A stretch of 63,959 nt of DNA, the filler included, from a bacterium (GTDB taxonomy: Bacteria; UBA9089; CG2-30-40-21; SBAY01): assembly GCA_040757115.1 (NCBI GenBank). It is 14 parts of 14 records of this genome, joined end to end, with 100 filler letters (N's around TTAATTAATTAA, not from the genome) between each part and the next. Parts side by side here need not be neighbours in the genome. Positions count along the whole stretch, not along the records: positions 9,319 to 12,284 come from JBFLYA010000354.1; positions 12,385 to 15,336 come from JBFLYA010000355.1; positions 15,437 to 18,348 come from JBFLYA010000356.1; positions 18,449 to 21,358 come from JBFLYA010000357.1; 10 more parts are not named here. The stretch is one strand, 5' to 3'. A program made the position numbers and the translations under genes. Below the pieces are notes generated by a model. It was not told the origin of the DNA. It did no database searches and saw only the letters and a program-made list of their open reading frames with translations. Below are positions 9,701-18,873 of the stretch, piece by piece (the first letter of the stretch is position 1; each line of letters opens with the position of its first letter).

Positions 9701-11281
9701 CTATTTAAATGTGAGGTTAATAGATTCTACACTCAATGCTTCTTTTTCAAATTCTCTTAATTCAGTTTCCTTAAACACATCCTTCTCAACAAGGTCTACA
9801 AATACTACATAAATCCTTGAAAATTCTTTGCCGGGAGTTTTTCTCAAAATTCTACCCATTCTCTGAATCCACTGTCGAACACTGCTTGTTCCAGCAACTA
9901 TAATACCTGCATTAGCTTCAGGGACATCAAAACCCTCGTCAAGAGCTCGGCAGGAAACAAGCATTTTAATATTTCCCTTTCTATAATTTGAGATATTTTC
10001 AAGCCTTTTATCGAAGGGTAAGTGAGCATGATATATTCCTACTTTAAAGTCCCTTTCCTTAAGATATTCATAAATCTTTCCCGCTACCTCAATCCTTTCG
10101 TGAAAGATTAATACCCTTTCATCTTTAAGATTTTCATCAGAGATAAGCCATTTCAAAGCCTCAAGTTTTGACCTTGATGTGTGAATTATTCCTTTCCTTA
10201 CATTCAGCAAAGAAGTATATCGTGCGATTACATTATCCTGCGTTTTCTCATACAGGGAACCCAATTTCTTGAAAAATTCAGAAGGCTTCGTTGCTTTTAA
10301 TTCAGGATACTTTGAGAATAATATTCTACTTACTTTGCTGATTTGGTCTGTATATTCTTCATATTTGGAATACTCATGCTCTGTGAGCTTTACTTTCATC
10401 CTTTTCAATCTGTATGGTGGGATGACACCATCTCTCAAAGCATCATTGTAAGAATAGGAGAAGATTATTTTCCCTAAATTCGGTGCGATTTTTTCTTCAA
10501 AACCAAGATCGCCATATCTTTCTGGTGTTGCAGAAAGGCCAAGGGTATAGGAATAATTGACTTCAAAGATTTTGGAATTCTCTTTGCTTCCATAACGGTG
10601 GCACTCATCGGCAATTAGGAATGTATCATCATCAGAAAAATAATTTTTGAAATGTTCTGATATATATTCTCTTGCCGAGTTCACGATGTAGAGCAACAAG
10701 AGCCGGTCATCAAGGCTCTCTTTCTCATGCCCATAAAATATAGCTATCTTTTCTCTGGGTATATTCAGCTTGTCCATTAAGCTAATTAGCCACTGGTCAA
10801 GAAGAGCGGAGGTAGGCACTATTATTATTGTTTTAAGGCCGCCATCTTTGTATGCTGTAGACCTGTAAAGGTCTGAAATTAAGGATAAAGCAAAAACAGT
10901 TTTGCCAGCGCCTGTTACGACTCTTACAATTCCCTTCCCGTTATTTTCCCACCACGCTTTTTTTGCTTCTTTTTGCCACCGATAGAGTTCTACAGGAAGC
11001 CTAAATGGTGTAGATTGAATAGTCTCTACAGAATAATCTTCTTTTAACTTTTTACATATAGGACATTCTTCATCGTCACAGGTTTTGTCAAAATCCATTA
11101 TTGATGCAAGACGTTTCAATGAGTCTTCCAAAATAGGATTAAGCGAAGGAGGGATACCTTTACCCTTGGTAAGATACCATCCAGATTTTTCCAGAGCATT
11201 TATTAAGGTTTTTTCTATACCAAAAACCTTTGCCCTTCTTGCAAGATGATGTAAATGCCAGCCCTGCCATTGTTCTTTCAT
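9701..11281 (-). CDS. Superfamily 2 DExH helicase (XPB/Rad25/ResIII-like)
   Basis: TGAGKT, DECH, LSAT, LDEGFDVP, QRMGR motifs. Confidence 0.9.
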   Translation of the reverse strand: MKEQWQGWHLHHLARRAKVFGIEKTLINALEKSGWYLTKGKGIPPSLNPILEDSLKRLASIMDFDKTCDDEECPICKKLKEDYSVETIQSTPFRLPVELYRWQKEAKKAWWENNGKGIVRVVTGAGKTVFALSLISDLYRSTAYKDGGLKTIIIVPTSALLDQWLISLMDKLNIPREKIAIFYGHEKESLDDRLLLLYIVNSAREYISEHFKNYFSDDDTFLIADECHRYGSKENSKIFEVNYSYTLGLSATPERYGDLGFEEKIAPNLGKIIFSYSYNDALRDGVIPPYRLKRMKVKLTEHEYSKYEEYTDQISKVSRILFSKYPELKATKPSEFFKKLGSLYEKTQDNVIARYTSLLNVRKGIIHTSRSKLEALKWLISDENLKDERVLIFHERIEVAGKIYEYLKERDFKVGIYHAHLPFDKRLENISNYRKGNIKMLVSCRALDEGFDVPEANAGIIVAGTSSVRQWIQRMGRILRKTPGKEFSRIYVVFVDLVEKDVFKETELREFEKEALSVESINLTFK

Positions 11282-11679
11282 GATTGTAAGTTAAGTGGTG
11301 CATGAAAATGTTTTAAATCCAGGCGTTTGACCCTGCCTATTACAGGGTATAAATGGAATTCCTCATTCTTATAAACTGCCATTGGTCTCTCGTCGCTTTC
11401 CACAACCTTTATATCGCCTTCCATCACAAGTTGAATAATATAACTTCCAGCAACAAGGTGGTTGGCATTATCCTGTAAAATATTTCTTATATATCTTGCT
11501 ATCTCACCCCTGTTTTCTGCATAATACAACAGACTGTCAAGACCATAAACGGCAAAATCACGAGGGAATCTTTTCCCATTATGCAGGTCTTTGAGAAATT
11601 GAATGATACTGATATTTTCTCTGAAAATATCAGGATTACTCTTCTCGATAATATTGAAACCTATATCCATCTTTACCAC
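11278..11679 (-). CDS. Hypothetical protein in methylase-helicase operon
   Basis: Overlaps both neighbours on the same strand. Confidence 0.7.
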   Translation of the reverse strand: MVKMDIGFNIIEKSNPDIFRENISIIQFLKDLHNGKRFPRDFAVYGLDSLLYYAENRGEIARYIRNILQDNANHLVAGSYIIQLVMEGDIKVVESDERPMAVYKNEEFHLYPVIGRVKRLDLKHFHAPLNLQS

Positions 11680-12284
11680 CTGTCTTTTATTATTTTCATT
11701 ATGTTAGTATAAGTTTTACCATTTTCAACTTCATTTAAGATTTCAAGAGCCTTAAAGACCCTTGCATTTTTCCACAGACCCTTTTCACTCTCAGAGAGTC
11801 CCTTTTCAAATGAGAATAATTTGTCATTTATAAACAGCCAGTAGAGATAATGCACTCTATCAATTATGGAGAGGTTTTCTCTATGTTTGGATTCCAGTAT
11901 TGTCTTTCGTTCTGATGGTGTCAAAACAAGCAATTGATTGCCCTCTCTTTCCACAAGGCATGAATCAATGACCTCTTTGACTCCAAGACTTCTCATCTTT
12001 AAAGCCTTGTTAAGTGCTTCATAAGATACGCTCGTTTTACCAGCAAGATAGAAGAGATAAATTGCAGTTAGGGTATCTGTTTCACCTGCAACCTGATTGA
12101 ACCTTGTATGCATCAACTGTGAGTCCACAATTTCCCTGATTGAAGAAAGAGCGGAATCAATGGAAACTCTATTCTCTCCTTTATAGACTTCGGGATAATG
12201 CTTTGAATAAACCTCAAGGCACTTACCGATGGTTACCACAAAGACATCTTCTGAAGAGAGATTTTTTTTGTGCTTTTCCAGTCT
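11673..12284 (-). CDS. C-terminus of probable DUF1156-type adenine DNA methylase (5'-truncated)
   Basis: Frame open to contig edge; RRDVFVVTIGKCLEVYSKHYPEV resembles DUF1156/COG1743 C-termini (recall, not searched). Confidence 0.55.
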   Translation of the reverse strand, partial: RLEKHKKNLSSEDVFVVTIGKCLEVYSKHYPEVYKGENRVSIDSALSSIREIVDSQLMHTRFNQVAGETDTLTAIYLFYLAGKTSVSYEALNKALKMRSLGVKEVIDSCLVEREGNQLLVLTPSERKTILESKHRENLSIIDRVHYLYWLFINDKLFSFEKGLSESEKGLWKNARVFKALEILNEVENGKTYTNIMKIIKDRW

Positions 12285-12490
12285 NNNNNNNNNNNNNNNN
12301 NNNNNNNNNNNNNNNNNNNNNNNNNNNNTTAATTAATTAANNNNNNNNNNNNNNNNNNNNNNNNNNNNNNNNNNNNNNNNNNNNCGTTCTTCGTCCGTTA
12401 ATTCAACTATATACTTTTTTTCATTTTGGTTCCTCCTTGCCTCAAGAGTTTATATTATTATCGGCAAGAATGACCAAAATCTTAATCAAA

Positions 12491-13549
12491 TCATTGGCGA
12501 CAGAGCACTAGATGAGGAGTAGCCTGTAATTCTTTTATATTTTTAGCACCGATACAAAACATAACTGTTTTTAATTCCTCTATCCATTGCTTTATAATAA
12601 TAGTTATATCTGCAGGTGATTTAGTTGCTGAATGAAGTAATGGTAAACCAATTCCCACAATATCAGCACCCATAGCGATTGCCTTTGCAATATCAATCCC
12701 TGTTTTAATACCTCCTGATGCAATTATAGTTAATTTTGTATTCTTTCGGTTTTTTGTATTAATTACTTCTTGGACCATTCGGAGCGATATTGCTGTAGGA
12801 ATTCCCCATTTTGTAAAAAGATATTCTCCATCTCTTAATTTTTTAGGACAGACCCGTAATTGCTCAATAAGAGCCCAACATGTACCACCAGATCCACTTA
12901 TATCAATTCCTGCTACCCCTATTTCTTGTAGTTTTTTAGCTACATCATATGAAATTCCACAACCAACCTCTTTTATTATTACAGGTACATTTAATTCCCT
13001 AACAAGTTTTTCTATTTTGGATACCAGTCCTTTGAAATTTACATTACCCCCTTTTTGGAGAGCTTCTTGAAGAGGATTTAGATGTAAAAATAAAGCATCA
13101 GCTTCTATCATTTCTATAGCTTGTTGACATTCCTTTAATCCATAACCATAGTTTAATTGAACTGCACCAAGATTAGCAAATAAAAGAATATCTGGGGACA
13201 CATCCCTTACCTTAAATAAATAGGATAAGTTGGGATTTTCTCTACCTATCCGTTGAGAACCTATTCCCATAGAAATATTTAAACTCTGAGCTACTTGAGC
13301 TAAGTTTTTATTGATCTTACTACTAAATGAAGTCCCACCTATCATAGAGGATATGAGTAAGGGGCTATTGAGTTTCTTCCCAAATAATCTTGTTGACACG
13401 TCAATCTCATCTCTATTAATTTCTGGAAGTGCCTGATGAATAAATTGATATCTTTCAAACTCATTAGTAAGATCTTTAAAATTCACATTTTCCTCTAAGC
13501 AGATTTTGAGTTGTTCTTCTTTTCTTCTATAGTGATATAAATAATTCAG
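12491..13549 (-). CDS. fni: Type 2 isopentenyl-diphosphate delta-isomerase
   Basis: ISSMIGG, GIGSQR, ANLGAVQL, HLNPLQE, KEVGCG, GGT; start extended to CTG at 13549 behind AAGGAGG. Confidence 0.92.
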   Translation of the reverse strand: MNYLYHYRRKEEQLKICLEENVNFKDLTNEFERYQFIHQALPEINRDEIDVSTRLFGKKLNSPLLISSMIGGTSFSSKINKNLAQVAQSLNISMGIGSQRIGRENPNLSYLFKVRDVSPDILLFANLGAVQLNYGYGLKECQQAIEMIEADALFLHLNPLQEALQKGGNVNFKGLVSKIEKLVRELNVPVIIKEVGCGISYDVAKKLQEIGVAGIDISGSGGTCWALIEQLRVCPKKLRDGEYLFTKWGIPTAISLRMVQEVINTKNRKNTKLTIIASGGIKTGIDIAKAIAMGADIVGIGLPLLHSATKSPADITIIIKQWIEELKTVMFCIGAKNIKELQATPHLVLCRQ

Positions 13550-13605
13550 AATTATTCCTCCTTAAACTAATTTATGATTAGACTTCTGCAAAATAGCACT
13601 TTTTT

Positions 13606-13676
13606 GTCATTCCGCACTTGATGCAGAATCTAGAAGTCATTTATTTCCAATGGATTCCCGCTTTCGTGGGAATGAC
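13606..13676. repeat. dRS3/RPE-like palindromic element
   Basis: GTCATTCCGC...TGGATTCCCGCTTTCGTGGGAATGAC, itself flanked by TTCTGCAAAAT / ATTTTACAGAA. Confidence 0.6.
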
Positions 13677-13901
13677 AAATGAAGTGAAAATTCTCATTTT
13701 ACAGAACTCTTTAATTTATGATTCTTAAATTAGTTTTCCTAAGATTTTGAGTGATGTCTGGAATTAGCTTTAAAGAAGTGATTAGTTCCTTGGAATATAA
13801 ACTCTTCGCTTTATGAGTAGTTTAGCAACGCTAACGTTTCGTACTCAAAGAATTTAGTTTATCATTTAAGTTAAACTCGGACACCACCAGATTTTGAAAT
13901 T

Positions 13902-14861
13902 CTAATGTTTAAATATACTCAAATTTCTAAAGGAAAATTGAATGTGTTCTATCAAAACTTTGAGAAGACCTAAGAATAAATAGAGTATAAAGAACATCTT
14001 TTCTAAATTTGTTTTATTACTTTTTAGTGGAAGATAAAATTTATTTTTCTTAATCCTTTTTAAAATAAATTCATATTTGGCAAAAAGTGCAACGACTGCT
14101 AATTTATACCTCAAAGATGGAACAGTTTTTAAATTTTGTTTTTCTATCAAAAAGTAATCTTCTGCAAATTTTACTTTCTCTTGCACCCATTGTCTAAAAG
14201 ATGGAGTGTTAATATAATTTAACTCTATCTTATAATCTCCAATGTCTTCGACAGGTATATTAATCCATCCTTGATATAAATCTTCAATAAAATCTCTAAG
14301 GATGTGAATTTGTTTACAAGCTATACCACCATAAGGTTTAGAGGAAAGGGAATAATTTCCCTTAGGTTTACAAAAAAATAAAAAAGTATTAAGGTATGAG
14401 GTGACTTCTATTTCTATAAATTTATAAAGTTCCTTTTTCTGGGGAATTAAATTTTCTCTCTGTATATCATATTCTATAGCAGAGAACATTCCCAATATAT
14501 GATTTTTTAATCTTAGTCCATTTTGTAAATCAAACAGAGCTAAATAATAAATGTACTTTTCTTCCTCTATCAGATATTTTTCTTTTAGTTCTTTATCCGC
14601 ATAAGTTTTTAAAAGAATCTCTCGCTGGGAGTTTATAAAGTAAATTTTCTCTTCATAACTTCGGTTTGGTAAATCAGCTATATCATCAACCCATCGAAAG
14701 TAAAAGTACCAAAGGAAAAAGTATTCTTTACATCCTCTATTGAAAAATAGTTGAGCCAAAATATATATGTATGGATGTTTCTCTTTTGTCCTTTTTTTGG
14801 CAGTGAGGAGTATTTTATGTAGCTCCTCTTTTATTTGATTATATTGAGTAAACATTTCCAC
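13902..14861 (-). CDS. Squalene/phytoene synthase-like class I isoprenoid synthase
   Basis: RWVDDIAD (DDxxD) and HILRDFIEDL...GWINIP motifs; next to fni. Confidence 0.7.
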   Translation of the reverse strand: MEMFTQYNQIKEELHKILLTAKKRTKEKHPYIYILAQLFFNRGCKEYFFLWYFYFRWVDDIADLPNRSYEEKIYFINSQREILLKTYADKELKEKYLIEEEKYIYYLALFDLQNGLRLKNHILGMFSAIEYDIQRENLIPQKKELYKFIEIEVTSYLNTFLFFCKPKGNYSLSSKPYGGIACKQIHILRDFIEDLYQGWINIPVEDIGDYKIELNYINTPSFRQWVQEKVKFAEDYFLIEKQNLKTVPSLRYKLAVVALFAKYEFILKRIKKNKFYLPLKSNKTNLEKMFFILYLFLGLLKVLIEHIQFSFRNLSIFKH

Positions 14862-15013
14862 TTATTTCCATATGATTCAAAATAATTAACAATCTTTTAT
14901 AACCTAATTCAATCCACTTTAATATTTATGAGTCTAATTCACTTTGATAAAAGCACAGCACGACTCTAGAAAAGTTAGCACTTACAATATAAAAAGATAT
15001 TCTAAATACCTTG

Positions 15014-15336
15014 TCATACTCCAAGAGATAAACTATTTTTTGTTTTATCCCAATATAAAAATGCCTTTTGATAAAGTGTTTTTGCAAGGCTGATAAGTAA
15101 TCTTAAGGGTTGAATCAAGAGGAAATTGTCAATATTATTTAATACACATTCACTTTCTTTCTGCAAATCTGGATGAATAAAACTATTAAATATTCTAACA
15201 ACAACATCGCTTTCTAATATAGTCCTGATAATCTCATCACTCTGTTGTGTTTTTCTCGCTTGTATAAATCTCTTCTTCAAATTAATAGCCCGTTCAATAA
15301 GAGTATCTATGGGTAAATTAATATCTTGTTCACTAT
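15014..15336 (-). CDS. Hypothetical protein, 3' fragment
   Basis: ORF 15014..15280 appears to continue to the contig edge; no recognisable motif. Confidence 0.4.
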
Positions 15337-15628
15337 NNNNNNNNNNNNNNNNNNNNNNNNNNNNNNNNNNNNNNNNNNNNTTAATTAATTAANNNNNNNN
15401 NNNNNNNNNNNNNNNNNNNNNNNNNNNNNNNNNNNNATTATCTCAGTAAGTAGATTTTCTTGATATTCTTCTCTGATATCTCCATATCCCCTTTATCCCC
15501 TTATCCCCCTTCTTATACTAACTACGATCAAAATATTCCTATTTCACAGGTCGAAAAATTTTATTCTTCAGACCTGCGTTTCAAATTAAAAAGTTGACAA
15601 AATAGAATTAAATATGATAGAATTTAAT

Positions 15629-15800
15629 TATACCCAAATAAATTGAGTTTGCAAATATTTTGCTCTAAAAAGGGAGCAAGGATTCGAGGGGGCAAGGATT
15701 CAAGGAAGGTGAAAAATAAGGTGTTCACTCGCCCCCTGGCTCCCTTGCCCCCTTGAATCCTTTCAAGAAAGTTTTTGCAAACCTGTTTTCTTTGAGTATA
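15629..15800. mobile_element. MITE family I, stand-alone
   Basis: TATACCCAAATAAA...TTTCTTTGAGTATA; lies 5 nt after a TTGACA-N18-TAGAAT promoter-like sequence (15594-15623). Confidence 0.8.
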
Positions 15801-15957
15801 TCTTTTCAAGTAGATTGATTCAACCTGACTAAAAAATAAATAATGCTTCTGAAGTTTAATTTCTAACCCCATATAACCCGTAAAAATATATGTAGGTCGA
15901 GATTCATATCTAAGACAAAAGAGATGTCGATTTTGGAAAATCGACCTACAAGAAGTT

Positions 15958-16048
15958 TTTACGGTTAAAATATAAAGTACCTTGTATGAGCCCAATCTTG
16001 CAAAGAAAGGTGGTGAAAAAACATCCTCCAAAATTTATTGCCGGGCAA
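15958..16048 (+). promoter_or_regulatory. Conserved 5' leader motif, copy 2
   Basis: TTACGGTTAAAA..GTACCTTGT..GCCCAATCTTGCAAAGAAAGGTGGTGAAAAA..TCCTCCAA..TTGCCGGGCAA. Confidence 0.6.
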
Positions 16049-16068
16049 TCGTATAAGGGAAAGAAAAA

Positions 16069-16165
16069 GTGTAAGCAAAGGAGATAAGGAGATAGAGGAG
16101 AGAAGGAGATATTTTTTAAAATCAATCTCCATATCTCCAATATCACCACATCTCCATTTTTACAC
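16069..16165. mobile_element. MITE family F (GTGTAA...TTACAC, GGAGAT/ATCTCC cargo)
   Basis: Absent from the paralogous leader at 7316-7510; the same unit type forms the core of family A and of the E-variant. Confidence 0.6.
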
Positions 16166-16196
16166 AGACAAAAACTAAAAAGGAGGAAGTAAAAAA

Positions 16197-16964
16197 ATGA
16201 AAAAGACAATAATTTCAGTGATGTTATTAATTGGGCTAATTATCAGCCCTACATCTGCCTTTACAGCACAAATTTACAGTGCAGATGCTATTCTTACTCC
16301 AGCTGCTGGTAACCTTATGGGTGGTTTAGGCTGTTTTGTAGGTGGTGAGTTTCCAGGTCAATATGATTGGACAATAGGTAATTGTGTCCCTGGTGGTACT
16401 CCAACAGATGATATGGTGTTTTCAACCAATGATGGTGGTTGGCAGGAGAGGATGCGCATTACCAAAGATGGAAATGTCGGCATCGGGACGAGAGAGCCAG
16501 AAACAAAGTTAGATGTGAAGGGTGAAGCAGTATTTGGCAACAATCCGTATACCCGACTTCGCATTCGCGAGGGGCACGTTCCTCAGAATGATAATCTTGC
16601 TCTGGATTTTGTAAAGGTCACAAATTTTAATGAAGTGGCAGGAAGAATTGAATTCGACGGGTACCAATATCAACCCTTCCACCAATCCCAGATTAGATTC
16701 TTCACGAGGAAGTCAGGAGAGTCATTGCAAGAGCGAATGGTAATCAACGAATCTGGCAATGTCGGCATCGGGACGACGGGGCCGAATTACAAATTAGATG
16801 TAGAAGGTGATGTGCAAGCACATGCATACCACACCGGCGACATTTTCTTCCAAAAAGATGGCGAAGAGCTCTGGCGGATGTTTGAAGATAAAGAGGGGTT
16901 ATATCTTGAAAGCCTAAAGACTGGTAAGGTTTACAGATTTTTATTGCAGGAAGTGAAGAAGTAG
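16197..16964 (+). CDS. Exported GNVGIGT-repeat (tail-fibre-like) protein
   Basis: Signal peptide; two ERM.I...GNVGIGT repeats; AAGGAGG RBS. Confidence 0.8.
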   Translation: MKKTIISVMLLIGLIISPTSAFTAQIYSADAILTPAAGNLMGGLGCFVGGEFPGQYDWTIGNCVPGGTPTDDMVFSTNDGGWQERMRITKDGNVGIGTREPETKLDVKGEAVFGNNPYTRLRIREGHVPQNDNLALDFVKVTNFNEVAGRIEFDGYQYQPFHQSQIRFFTRKSGESLQERMVINESGNVGIGTTGPNYKLDVEGDVQAHAYHTGDIFFQKDGEELWRMFEDKEGLYLESLKTGKVYRFLLQEVKK

Positions 16965-17072
16965 TTGTAGGTGATAAACCAGGTAAAATGGTTTGAACAT
17001 TGACCGGTAGGAGGTGTTCTTCTGAGCATCTCCTACCGGGAGTTCTATCTCACGAACTTTCGCTAAATTTTT
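16755..17072 (+). repeat. ~318-bp direct repeat, copy 1 (gene 3' end plus hairpin)
   Basis: Aligns with 17903-18220. Confidence 0.85.
17004..17039 (+). terminator. Strong hairpin downstream of the GNVGIGT gene
   Basis: CCGGTAGGAGGTGTTC-TTCT-GAGCATCTCCTACCGG; no clear U-tract. Confidence 0.45.
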
Positions 17073-17205
17073 CAGACAGGATAACAGGATAAGCAGGATA
17101 AAAAAATATCCTGTTCATCCTATCAAAAGATTTTATTAAAAAAACTGGCGTAGATTTATGCAGGAGGATGAAAAGGAGAAGTAAAACTCAAGGAGGTGAT
17201 GAAAA

Positions 17206-17475
17206 TTGTTAACCGTGCGACCAACTGAGGAGGAAGTAATTACTTTACCAAGAAATATCTGTAACATGCTGGGATTCTATGAAAAAGGAGATGTGGAAGT
17301 GGAGGTAAAGGAGAAAATGCTTTGGATTTATAAGGTGAGTCGAGATGACAAAGATGTTAAAGATTTAGAAAGATTCAAAAGGGCAAAAGGTAGTTGGAAA
17401 GGAGTTGATGTTAATCTTATCTATAAGGAGTTATCTGAGTCATGGAAAAAGTGGCAACCCAAAGAATTTGTATAG
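17206..17475 (+). CDS. AbrB/MazE-like antitoxin (VapB)
   Basis: ITLPRNICNMLG...GDVEVEV; AAGGAGGTGA RBS; overlaps PIN gene. Confidence 0.7.
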   Translation: MLTVRPTEEEVITLPRNICNMLGFYEKGDVEVEVKEKMLWIYKVSRDDKDVKDLERFKRAKGSWKGVDVNLIYKELSESWKKWQPKEFV

Positions 17476-17897
17476 ATACAGATGTAATAATTGATTATTT
17501 AAGAGAAACTCCAGTCTATGGAGATGTATTATCATGGGTGCTTGAGGAATATGAATGTTTTGTTTCTCCAGTTACTACTTACGAACTCTATTATGGGGGC
17601 TTCTACTCCGGAGAGATGGAAGGAGTTAGAGATGTGCTTTCTTCCTTAACATCTCTTCACTGGGATGATAAATCTTCCGAAGAAGCGGCAAGGATTCATG
17701 TGCATTTAATTAAACAGGGGCTGGATATTGGAGTAAAGGATATCCTGACTGCAGGTAACTGCTTATCTTCAAATCTCTCACTTCTTACCAGGAATGTTAA
17801 CCATTTCTTACGAGTACCCGGGCTAAATGTTATTAGTGTTGAGGATATTGTCAAGAACAGGGAGGAAGTTAATAGTGAGTTGGAATCTGAAGATTAA
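17442..17897 (+). CDS. VapC PIN-domain toxin
   Basis: IDTDVIIDYLR, VTTYELYYG, DILTAG, LLTRNVNHF. Confidence 0.9.
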   Translation: MEKVATQRICIDTDVIIDYLRETPVYGDVLSWVLEEYECFVSPVTTYELYYGGFYSGEMEGVRDVLSSLTSLHWDDKSSEEAARIHVHLIKQGLDIGVKDILTAGNCLSSNLSLLTRNVNHFLRVPGLNVISVEDIVKNREEVNSELESED

Positions 17898-17902
17898 AAT
17901 AC

Positions 17903-18220
17903 GGCAATGTCGGCATTGGCACAACGGTGCCATCATACGAATTGGATGTTGAAGGTGATGTCCGGGCTCATGCATACCAGACCGCTGATATTTTCTTCCA
18001 AAAAGATGGCGAAAAGCTCTGGCGAATGTTTGAAGATGAAGAGGGGTTATATCTTGAAAACCTAAAGACTGGTAAGGTTGACAGATTTTTATTGCAAGAG
18101 GTGAAGAAGTAGTTGTAGGTGATAAACCAGGTAAAATGGTTTGAACATTGACCGGTAGGGGGGTGTTCTTTGAGCATCTCCTACCGGTAGTTCTATCTCA
18201 CGAACTTTTGCTAAATTTTT
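17903..18220 (+). pseudogene. Orphan C-terminal module of the GNVGIGT protein plus downstream hairpin (direct repeat, copy 2)
   Basis: Starts exactly at the GNVGIGT codons with no RBS or start; GNVGIGTTVPSYELDVEGDV...FLLQEVKK. Confidence 0.75.
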
Positions 18221-18221
18221 T

Positions 18222-18348
18222 GTAAGCGTTCAGGCTATATATCAAAAGTGTAAGAAAGGGGATAAGGAGATAAGAGTGATATGGAGATAAGATAATAGAA
18301 ATAGATTGAAATTTATAGAAATAGGTAGAAATTGATTGTGGAAAACAA
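18222..18348. mobile_element. MITE family A, partial
   Basis: GTAAGCGTTCAGG...; reverse complement of 1-126. Confidence 0.85.
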
Positions 18349-18448
18349 NNNNNNNNNNNNNNNNNNNNNNNNNNNNNNNNNNNNNNNNNNNNTTAATTAA
18401 TTAANNNNNNNNNNNNNNNNNNNNNNNNNNNNNNNNNNNNNNNNNNNN

Positions 18449-18566
18449 GGTTCAGTAACTCTTGCCTCAATAACTGCTATGGTAAGAAACAATGAAACTA
18501 AAAGATGGTTTGAAGAGGGTAAGATAGAACTCAAATTGGCAGCATAAAATCTAACCGCACAGGTCG
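18449..18566 (+). mobile_element. 3' end of a probable IS (transposase tail plus family D terminus)
   Basis: Open frame GSVTLASITAMVRNNETKRWFEEGKIELKLAA* (18449-18547) directly followed by CTAACCGCACAGGTCG. Confidence 0.55.
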
Positions 18567-18686
18567 AAATTTTGCAAATTACTATGAATAATCTCCATAT
18601 CTTTCTTTATCTCTTTATCTCCTTATCCCCTTTTTTACACCAAATCTGCATAGATTTTACTATTAGCGTTATTTTCAGACACCACC
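18567..18686. mobile_element. MITE E-variant, partial, interrupted by the IS
   Basis: Reverse complement of 19419-~19535. Confidence 0.75.
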
Positions 18687-18873
18687 AAAAATTCAGGGAG
18701 TGAAGTTTTGAGGATGGTTTCCCAAATGTCACTAATTTCCTGCATAAATAGAGTCTATAGTCTTGTGTCTGATGTCCAGTGTCTGAATCACAGGCCCAAA
18801 CTAAAATCTTATTGACATAATGATGAGATATTTGGTATAATTAGAATAAAACTTAAATACAGGAGGTGTAAAA

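Noticed and set aside
16755-18220. Possible DGR template/variable repeat pair (Avd-like remnants are also present)
   Set aside because: Mismatches are not adenine-specific and many are synonymous; no reverse transcriptase in the window
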